A DNA stretch of 64,000 nt from Callorhinchus milii (Eukaryota), in contig NW_024704742.1 of assembly GCF_018977255.1 (NCBI RefSeq), positions 77,440,001-77,504,000 of the forward strand, in the 5' to 3' direction. Both the position numbers and the translations under genes were made by a program. The notes beneath the pieces are model-generated. The model saw only the letters and a list, made by a program, of their open reading frames with translations. It did no database searches and was not told where the DNA came from. Positions 54,343-64,000 of the stretch are shown here, piece by piece. Position 1 is the stretch's first letter, and every line of letters starts with the position of its first letter.

Positions 54343-54947
54343 TCTTTTTTGCTTCCTTTGTGCAAGTTCTTCATCCTATTTAATATACATATTTAATAAA
54401 CATATAGAAATCCTGCAGCCTGTTGCCTTTCCAGCCAATATTGATGCAGCTTATATTGGGGGGACAGAGCGTTCCTTAAGTAAGTTAAGGAACATTTGAT
54501 GACCACCAGCAGGTGCTAACACCTGCTGTAAGGTACTGGTTTGCTCCTCTCAGGATCCTGGCACTACCATTTTATTTGACTCTGAGGCGAGCACTTTGGT
54601 TTTATAAACTAAGGCCCTACATCAAGCTCTAATTTCTTATTTGTTCAATGTTTCCCCCGATGTTGATCTGCCAGGCAGATCTGAAACCTAAGCTCTCCTC
54701 AACCCCAAAACATTAACATTTAGCAATTGGCCTGGCGGCTTCAGGCCCCGCCCTCCCTCCTGATTGCTAAAGTGAACTGTTTGGACAAATAAAACCCAGA
54801 TTTCGGGCCCCTTTGGTAGATAATATTCTAAAAGCACAATTGAATTAAAAAAAATACACTCAGAGTTTGATGAAGAGCCTAACATCTACAAAATAAAAGC
54901 ATTATTTATTGATTATTTAAGGAACATACTATCTACTGCAAATATTA

Positions 54948-55540
54948 CCTTTTGTCAGTAATAAATCTTGGCTTAACTGTGGGTAATCATATCGGTGGTG
55001 TATATTACCCCAAAGTAACTCTATCCCAGAATCCCTCCGATTGACTCCCCCTTCCCCTCATTGAGGCTGATTTCAAGACCTATCTCTTTCCCTGGGCTTT
55101 TGGTCATCTTTCTTCACCCCCTACCCCACAACCACCCCATTTTGCCTCCCACCCACAGCTCGCATGCCAAGCCAGCAATGTCAAACTACTTGAGACGTCT
55201 TCGCATCGTGAAAGGACTCCACAAGAATAGTGTGGATGCATATGTTTCCCTGGCTACAGTGCAGTTAGCCTACAAAACACACAGTCACTACACTTTACAA
55301 TAAAGCATTCTGGGACGCTACCATTCGTGAGGGGCACTATATAAATGCAAGTGGTTGTTGTAAATTGTGTGAAGCACTTTGAGACATGTTTTACCAGTGA
55401 CAATGCAACATTGCATTTCTGCTGCAGCACTTTTTAGATGCCTTGGTAACGCAATGCAGCAATAAGGTTTTACATCCCAATGAAGCCTTTTGCCAGTAAT
55501 AAGTCTTGGCTTAACTGTGGCTAATCGTATTGGTGGTGTA
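54948..55540 (+). repeat. 55-bp direct repeat pair (54948-55002 and 55486-55540)
   Basis: 50 of 55 positions identical by manual comparison; the pair brackets L2/SINE tail fragments. Confidence 0.85.
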
Positions 55541-56339
55541 ATGGTTGTGAAATATTGGAATATTCAGGGACTTTGATCCATCCACTAATAATTGGCGAAA
55601 TTATGCATTTTATTTCACTTGTGGTAATTATTTGTAATTATCAACCGCTGTGTCAAGCCTGATTGGAATGTGCAGAATCCTGTAAATGGGCTGAGAAGAC
55701 CTGCGTTGTCAATAGTAATTTTCCCCCTGGTGGTAATTGAGTATAATACTGATGTTCTCGATATATTGCCCCCGCCCCCACCTTCATAAAATTGCGCTGT
55801 ATGAATCTCTGAGTTTTTTTTGCTTTGGCAAAATGTGTGTTTAATTTTTTTTCCACCACATAATAAAATCAACATTTAGGCCTTACTGCAGTTATTCTGA
55901 AACAACGGTTGGACCTAAGCTATAAACTGTGCAACTTCCACTGAAAACCATGTGAAGCCTCCAAAAGGAAATTTATTGCAAACAACATGAAATTTCCCTT
56001 TTTGGGTGGGCAAAGTTGCAGACATGCGGAAATCATGAACTGACATGGTTGCCAATATGTTTCATCTGGATAACGTTATATGGGTACCCGCATTTACTAA
56101 CAACTTATTAGTTCAAATTTCAAACCATGTGTTAACAAAAGTGCCACAGATGTTTGCCACCTAAATTTTCCTGTGTCTGGCAAAAATGTTCACTCTCTGC
56201 TTGGAGAGATACACTATGCTTACTTCGTTCTGGAGAGCGCTTAGGTGCAGTTTGGCAAGAGCCAAGGCTTGGAGATCCTAGATTGTGCATTGGGGTACTG
56301 CTGGAGTTCAACCAACGAAAACCACATAGCTTAACATTG

Positions 56340-56635
56340 AAAGTTCTGCATGGCAACAGACAGTAGAATAAGAGGACACAAGTTTAGAGTTGTAAAGGAC
56401 AATTTCAGGGCAAATACCAGAAAGTTTTTCTTTACGCAGAGGTTAATTTACACAGAGGGAACAGGATTCCAGGAAAGGTGGTTGAGGCCAGGACACTGGA
56501 CTCATTTAAAAACATTTATGCTGAGGCAGGGGTTAGGGATGTGGGGTGGGGGTTGGAAACAGAGGATGGGTGTTCTGGAAGGATGAGATCGGATGGGCTT
56601 TCTTCATCCAGACCAATTTAGTGATCTTGTGATCT
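56340..56635 (+). mobile_element. CR1-type LINE 3' fragment
   Basis: Encodes RGHKFRVVKDNFRANTRKFFFTQR, a typical CR1 ORF2 C-terminus. Confidence 0.75.
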
Positions 56636-57797
56636 TACCTGCACTTCCTAAACATTTACATTTACGTACTGGAAAATCTGTTGGACTGGGCATAAGAATA
56701 TCTAAGATTGGAAGAGAGCTTGATACAAAACAAATGAACAATTTGTATGATGAATGAAAAGTGATAAATAAATGCACTTATTGTTTTTGGCCTTAAATAG
56801 TGTTCAATATGGTGCAGCTTATGCTGGTTTATATAAATTGCTGGCCCTGAGCTTTTTTGACCAAAATAAAAAGTAAATCCATTCAGATTGAGTGAGCATC
56901 AGAAGAGTCTGAACCAAGTATTCAATAATTCCAGAGCCTGGTTTAAAATATGTTCATAAAAAGAAGCAAAGAGCAAGCCCAAAAATCTTGCCTGCATTTT
57001 GTTTCTGTTCCTAATAACCGTATAGTTCATTATGAACAGTGGGCATCCATAAGATAAAGTGCTTACAACATATTCTGAGTAAACTGCTGAAAAGTATTCC
57101 TGAGAAACATACACATTATGGCCACTCCCTCAGAGAATAAGCGCAAATTCTACAAAGGGAAATTTAACTAGGAACGTCATATTCTTGGAATCCCTACCTA
57201 GCAAGTCCTTATTCCATGAAGCCCAGATTCTCGTAAATACACCTGACTCTTATTATTGTTATTGTAAATAAAAGCTGCACATATTCAATCACTTCTTGGG
57301 TCCTTATGGTTAGTAATGAAACCTTTTAAGGAGCAAATTTCAAAGTTATTTAATGTTCAGATGCTGGGAGAAATACCCTTGAAACAGTTACTGTATTATA
57401 ATGCGAACAATTGTATTGCTTCTCTTAACTTCCTTGGGTAACTTTCTGGATGCTACCTTGCATGAAGGGTACTATATAAACGCAAATTGTTGACATCATC
57501 ATTGTGTAATCCCAATAAAAGTGCAACTAAATTTCCATCTTCTCTTCGTAATTCCAACAATACAACACAATTTACATTTATACAACAACAACAAAAAAGT
57601 GCTGAAGAACTCCAGTACAGTCAATGCACCACCAACCTTGATTTGGTATTTCAAATGCATCTGGTTCTGCTGATGTACAGATTATAGATAATAGATATTA
57701 TAGATAACAGATTATAGATAGATATGGGTGCCACAGAGCTGGGAGCAATCCAGGTAAAAGATTGGAATGCAAATCTGCCATGAGCCATCTAGCCAGA

Positions 57798-58246
57798 TAA
57801 TAATAACAATTATCATTGCATTTGGTATAACGCCTTCATCAGAAGGATGTCTCAAAGTGCTTCATAGGTTTTACTGTGAAGTGGAGTGACTGTGTATTCA
57901 TAGACAAATGTGCCAGCACAATTGCGCACAGCAATGTCCCGTAAACAGCCATAAAGTGAATGACCAATTTTATTATGGGGATTGTTGGCCAGGATATCAG
58001 AGGAGAGAAACTCCCTTCTTTCGAATAAAGCTATGGGATCTTTAACGTCACCCGAACAGGCAGATAGTTGTGGGTTCTCTGAGGTTTAACGTCTCATCCA
58101 AAGGATGGCACCTCCAACAATGCAATACACCCCTAGCACTGCATTTGAGTGTCAGTTTAGGCTATGTGAAATGAAATCCCAATGTGTGGGATTTGAACTC
58201 ACAACCTTCTGACTCAAAGGCAAGAGTGTCACCAATGAACCAAGCT
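57798..58246 (-). mobile_element. Older full-length Deu-domain SINE (SacSINE1-like)
   Basis: Different tRNA-like head (reverse complement ACACTCTTGCCTTTGAGTCAGAAGGTTGTGAGTTCAAATCCC), longer Deu region (GATGAGACGTTAAACC, TTAAAGATCCCA) and the same L2-type tail. The family name is from recollection. Confidence 0.8.
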
Positions 58247-58337
58247 TGACATACAGATAAAAGAGGGAGAGAATTGGAAACAGTCCAGCACTGTTGATGA
58301 ACACAAGAACATGTCAGTCATGGATGGAACCCAGGTA

Positions 58338-58525
58338 ATTAATAATAATAATAATCCTTGCATTTGACATGGCACCTTATCACATCTTCTAGACGTCTCA
58401 AAGAGCTTCACAGAATATACTTTAAAATAAATTGACTGTATATTTGTGGGCGAAATGCGGCAGCCAATTGCGCACAGCAGTGTCCCACAAACAGTCGTGG
58501 ATTGAAGTGACCAATTTATTATTTT
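58338..58525 (-). mobile_element. 5'-truncated tRNA-Ala/Deu SINE
   Basis: (AAT)n CCTTGCATTTGA tail and GCAGCCAATTGCGCACAGCA core on the reverse strand. Confidence 0.85.
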
Positions 58526-61500
58526 GGATTGGTATGCATTTTACGACGGTCACAGACCTTATGAATGCCAAGGGAATGTTTATATATCACAACAGATTTG
58601 TAGTTTTACCTAAGGCGCTCTTGTGATCACAAGAGCCCAAGACAGAATGTTTTATGCTTTGGGTTGGCCTGTGGTTGAATTGTTTCTGTCCATCAAGTTG
58701 CAGATGAATAGATTAAATAAATGGGATTGAGATATTGGGGTGTGTGATGTGATCATTCTCATTGTGATCATTTAACATCATATAGCCACATTTTTCATCT
58801 CATGAAGAGATTAATAAAATAATAGTGATAATCCTGGCAGTTGATATTGTGCCTTAAAGTGCAATAAACTGTAGCTCCTGTTCAGATAGAAGTTAAAGAT
58901 CTCCCTGTTCAGATGGACATTAAAGATCCCACTGTACTATCTGAAAAGGGAACAAAGTTTCTCCTGGTGTCCTGGGCAATGATACCCCGGAAAAATCAAT
59001 CACTTTAAGATTGTTTGTGGGATCTTGCTGTGTGCAAATTGGCTGCTGGGTTCACCAACGAATGCACAGTCTCTATATTTTACCTTTCAACATTATAGAT
59101 TCTCTGTCAGCATTATTTATTATTAAGCAGTGGCCTAATCTATGTTGTAGTACCCACCTCTGAAAAAGTTTCTAGCTTGCACTTGAAATGATCCTAGTGC
59201 ATACATAAGAGGTTGATGCTTCAGTAACCCACATAGCAACCAGAGAGCTGAGGGGGACCAAGAGTCCAACAGCCAAATCATTTGCAATTAGCTTATTGAA
59301 TCACAGTATCCCTGGGCGGTCTTTAACAGTGCATGCCCCACTCCTCACTCATGTTGAGTAAAGTCATTCGCAGTCTATAAATTCCCTCCCTATAGGGAAA
59401 CCCAACAGCTGTGAGCCGTCTGTGCAGTTATACCCCCTCCTCACCCTCTGCCGCTGCACGATGGCACAAGCACTGTTCCTTGCTCTTATTCTGCTGGTCA
59501 ATATGAGGGTACAAATCTTAAGCACATCACCCTGCAAACAGGGCTCTTCTGCATCGCATGCCACAAAACCAAATGGTATTTAAAAGTGATCCTAACAAGG
59601 CTCCTGGGAGGAATGGAGAAATGGTCGTTTAGGCAGCATCTGCCTATTAAAATACTCACAACAAGTTTAATTGGCTTGCACTGGCATCTTTGCATTATTG
59701 AAATTGAGACATCAGTATGGTAACAGTTAACAGAGAAGGTCTGAGTCCAGACCATTGGAAAATCCTTCAATTCAGTTTTAATTGGATGCCAATTTTCTGG
59801 GGAGAGAGTACGTATTCCATTCTGGACACAGGAATTTCCACGTGGAGGTGGTACACATGGAACTCTCTGTCTGGTTTGGATACGTTTAATCACTGTGATG
59901 GGTTTCCGCACGTGTCAAGTATTCGGCTGACCAGAAACAGTTTATTTTCTGCAGTAGCCAAATGTAACTGCAGAAAAATAATAAGGAGTGAATTTTCCCA
60001 AATCCTATACATCTTAACATTTTTGACCGCCAATTCACTGTGTGCAACACATTTACGTTACAGTGCGTGATTTCGCCACCATTAGTTGTTTTGTTTCAAA
60101 ATGACCTTTACTTCGAAATTCCAGCAAAAAGCACTTCAAGAAGCAACTCACTTTCTGATGTTTGCCACTGTCAGTGACAAGACAATTTTCAAGCAGCAGG
60201 TAATGCTTGCCAAAATATATATAGAAACCAGAATTTTCTGCATAGATTCAATTCTAGAACTAAACTGGAGCTAGGACCTAAATCACAGAGGAGCTCTCTA
60301 TGTCTTAAGCAGAGAAAGTGCTGAAGTCTGGGCTTCTCCTTTCAGTGCTTTGTCTCTGCTTTAACTCTTGGGAGATATTTTTCAGTATTATTGAAACCAT
60401 CACTTTCTCTTTAATTATTGAGCACTCATAATTCTTGGATGGTTTTTCATAAGCTGCATCTTACCAGTGGGCCTCATGGTTTACCCTGATTTTTAAATTT
60501 AACTGCAGTCAGGATTAACCCATGCAAGAGCAAGGCTCATTAATAGTCCAGATATCTGATCTTACCTAATCACAATGCAATTCACAAGAGGGTAGCAACA
60601 TTAAGCACAAGCTTCAAGTATCTCTGTCTTCATTGATTTTGTTATGAATTATTTAATGAAATAACAGTGTGTGCGCCATTCTTTCCCCTCCCCCCCACCC
60701 CGAAAGTACATTGTCAAAATGTATTCTGATATTAGATTTAATTTAAGGCCCCTTTTACATTAACAGCAGGCAAAAATGAACTAGGTGCTCGTATTTCATC
60801 TAAATAGTTCCCATTTGGGCTGAGGAATGCAATTCGTATCATTAATCATGTGCTTGATAGAAATTTGGCAGCTACTTAGGACTCCAGGCAGTGTAACATA
60901 CAATGAGGCAGGTTTTATACTACATGGCTATTCTGACATGGCTTAAACCAGCTTTTTTAAGTCACTAATGTACATGGCAACGTAGTATCTCAAATCTTCA
61001 GACCCAGAAAAAATCACCTTTATTATCTATATTTTCTTATGAAGTTGCCTCTCTCCTTCCCTTCCAGGATTATACTCAAATGCTCAACTAAAGCTAGAAA
61101 GTAAAGTTCAGTGCGCACATACATACGTAAATACACACTCGATCGCACAAAAAAGCTTAGCAACATATGTAGTTCTTCAGTAAGGTTATTGAAGCCAGAT
61201 GGTGGTTTCACTGGTAACTTCTTTATAAATGGTGTGATGTGTGTTATAAACATATCATTTTAGATCAACACACATGCTTTATTTTAAAACATTCCCAACA
61301 AATCCCAGGACATATACAGTACAACCCAGAGCGCTCGTTGAGCATTGACATTTGGTGGTAGAATGTCTCTCTTTTTAGCCATGTTGAAATATTTCCATAA
61401 TTTTTTTTGAGGTAGTAGAACTAACAGTAAGCATCATGTTAACCCTAATTCTGCATGGCGGGGAGGGAAGGAAGGTTAGAAAACAATAACCAAAACAGCA

Positions 61501-62165
61501 AATGCTCTCAAACTTTTTCAGCAGCCAGACGGCTATTCCTTTGTGTAGAAAGTAGCTCGTGAAACTTACTGCTCCGCATAGAATATTTTGTAGGACTGTT
61601 TCTACCAGACAAGCACATCTGGTTTTATTAAACTACTGTACCAGGACCTGCCCCTATACACAGAGACATGTTTAATTTAACATAGTATTACTCTATGCAC
61701 TGTGCAAAGAGAAAACTAAAAGCAATAAAAAAAAGATGAATTGATGCATTTGTTACAAGTATAGAACAGGGACTTTCTAAACTCCGATGATTCCACTTGC
61801 ATAACAAAGGAGCTGGAAGGTAGTCACACGAGTTACGGTCTCTTTACTCCTGCCTCTACTGAGTATATTATTCTTGGCAAAAGGCAGCGAGCACATCTTG
61901 ACAAGATTACTTATCTGAAAAAGTAGTACACCAAAATAACTAGATATTCCATGCAGTGTGGCCGTGGAGTCGTGATGCCGTGTGCCTTGAGGTGATAGAG
62001 GGTGGGTTTTCTTGTGCGCTTATGTTCCCTAGGACTGGGCTGAGAGTGTGCTTGGTGCCATATCAAATACTGATGAGAAAGACGTGTTACTGAACTGAGA
62101 AAAAAAGCATTATACATATGGAAGATCAGAGACCTGCAATTTCTCATAGTCTCCGCCGTAAGACA

Positions 62166-62296
62166 ATTGTGCAGAATTTGGAAAACTGTCTTAAATTCAA
62201 TTCTAATTGGGAAGCCAATTTTCCGCAGTTATTTTTGAGAAAATAGCTTCCATATTAATACCAAATTTAAGATTGTTTTCCACAATTCTGCACAAT
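62166..62296. repeat. About 32-bp imperfect inverted repeat, MITE-like
   Basis: ATTGTGCAGAATTTGGAAAACTGTCTTAAATT (62166-62197) pairs with AATTTAAGATTGTTTTCCACAATTCTGCACAAT (62264-62296), with 2 mismatches and 1 indel. Confidence 0.75.
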
Positions 62297-62387
62297 CTTG
62301 AATTTTTAGACTATGGTCTTGAGCCTAGAACCATGAGATATTTCAGGACCCAGGAATGTAGTGAAATGGAATTGAGATTTGCAGTTA

Positions 62388-62772
62388 AATAATAATAATC
62401 TTTGCATTTGATAAAGCTCTCATGTCAATTTCGCAAAGCATTTCAGATTGTTTTCTGTAAAGTAGAATGACTGTATATTTGTAGGTGGACACGGCAGCCA
62501 ATTTTCACACAGTAATCTCCCACAAACAGCATGATTATGTTTAAATCTGCACTTGGATTGATGGCTAGGATAACCGAGAGAATCTCCCTTTTCTTTTCAA
62601 ATAAAGACATGGGATTTTTAACATCTAGCCGAACAGGCAGACAAGACCTTGGTTTAACTTCTTATCAAAAGGACAGTATATCCAGCTATGCAACAGTCCC
62701 CCAACACTACAGTGTCAGCCTAAATTATGAGCTCAAAGTCCTGACATGAGGCTTGAATCCATAACCTTCTGA
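62388..62772 (-). mobile_element. Older Deu-domain SINE
   Basis: Tail, GGCAGCCAATT core, GAACAGGCAGAC/GGTTTAAC block and AACCTTCTGA head remnant. Confidence 0.72.
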
Positions 62773-63814
62773 ATCGTATTGCAGCATTCCTCAGGCCACT
62801 TAAAGGCACCTAGAAATATAAAGACTAATAATAGTAATTCATGCATTTGCTATAGCACCTTTTACATCGGAAGGATGTCTCAAAGCGCTTCACAGTATTT
62901 ACTGCAGAATGTGATGTATGTGTTTAGTAGGTGAACAAATTTAAAGAAACCTTGATTTTTTATCCTATAATTAAGAATGACTCGGAATCTGTCCAGCAAA
63001 TCAAGCCAACCCAAATTTGATCAGTCCATTCAATCCAACCAAAAAATACAGCTTTCTTTACTTGAGGCATGAAAACCCAAAACAGACAAACAAAACCTGA
63101 GTTTGGCTATGCTTTAGATTATACTGTCGACAATTCCAGTCAAATACATGTTTGATTGAAACACTGAATTTCAATCAATTCCAATCTGATTCATTCCTTT
63201 CATAACTAGTTCCTGATCCAAGCATGAAGATTAAATAGTAATTCCTGATTCAGAGTAAAATGTTCCTCAATTATCTAAATCTATTGTACATTAAACATAA
63301 TCAGTCTACTGCCAAATCTCAACCAGAAACTACAGGTATTGTTAATGTTAGAAATCTATTTGCTTTTGTTGTAAATTATACCTTTTGGTTAAGTGTTTTT
63401 TTCCTGCTGAGCTGAATTGATTTATGAATTATGATAGGACAAAGATTTGTAAATTGTCTAGACTCTTCTCAGATCTGCAAGCTGTAGATGGAAAGAGTCC
63501 AGACATGTTCAAATCTTTATAATCCTGAACAAAAAAATAGCATTTATTGACAACTAGTAATTTTTTTTCCACAGGAATGAACTGTGGTTCCAACCATTGA
63601 TGGCCATACCATCAGTCACTATCCTCCTAACCTGTGGAACTCCCTGCCTCAACCCCTCTGCCTCAATCTCTCTTTATCTATCTTCAAATACCACTTTAAG
63701 ACTTATCTCCCCTCCCCCTTTTCCCTCGGTCGTGGCCAGTCCCACCATTGTGCAGCGCTCTGAGATGCTATCCTATGTGAAGGGTGCTATATAAATGTAA
63801 ATTGTTTTGGTATC

Positions 63815-64000
63815 AATCTGGATCAGTTAATAACACTCTGTGTCAGAAGGTTGCGATTCAAGCCCCACGTCAGGACTTGGAACTCAGTCCATGTTGAAAT
63901 TCCAATGTAGTACTGGGAGTGTACATTGTCAGATGTACCACCTTTGAATGAGACAATAAACTAATGCCCCATCTCCTTGTTCAAGTGGATGTTAAAGATC
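63815..64000 (+). mobile_element. Older Deu-domain SINE, cut by the window end
   Basis: TCAGAAGGTTGCGATTCAAGCCCCAC head through GTGGATGTTAAAGATC. Confidence 0.65.

Noticed and set aside
57678..57724. Short TAGAT-type tandem repeats and the (AAT)n/(TTG)n runs
   Set aside because: Microsatellites and retroelement tails. There is no repeat-spacer structure, so not CRISPR-like.
107..63794. The many 60-140 aa ORFs in the provided track
   Set aside because: No recognisable domains apart from LINE fragments; many start at non-ATG codons or lie in repeats. The real NFIB exons are absent from the track.

Overview
Vertebrate genomic DNA, not prokaryotic. The repeat content (L2 LINEs with (TTG)n tails, tRNA-Ala-headed Deu-domain SINEs, CR1-type tails) points to a cartilaginous fish, probably a chimaera/elephant shark (inference). 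The window holds the 3' end of NFIB (nuclear factor I B) on the + strand, which the ORF track misses. An 89-nt cassette exon at 10090-10178 encodes LRICDWTMNQNGRHLYPSASDDTLGIAWQ. The terminal exon starts at 37195 and can be read in two frames: SWYLG* if the cassette is skipped, or (S)PGTWASLVPFQVSNG...EPFLQAETTN* if it is included. A 3' UTR of about 5.1 kb probably ends near the AATAAA at 42278. I found no other host gene; the rest is intron and downstream intergenic DNA with many transposon fragments. The most interesting signals are the dual-frame terminal exon, a candidate 26-nt microexon (9493-9518) behind a ~150-nt AG-free pyrimidine tract that would cause the same frame switch, an NFI palindromic site inside the NFIB intron, and a four-layer nested L2/SINE/L2/SINE insertion at 28.1-31.2 kb. 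Gene and repeat family names come from my recollection of known sequences and have not been checked by alignment. I found no CRISPR array, rRNA or real tRNA gene.
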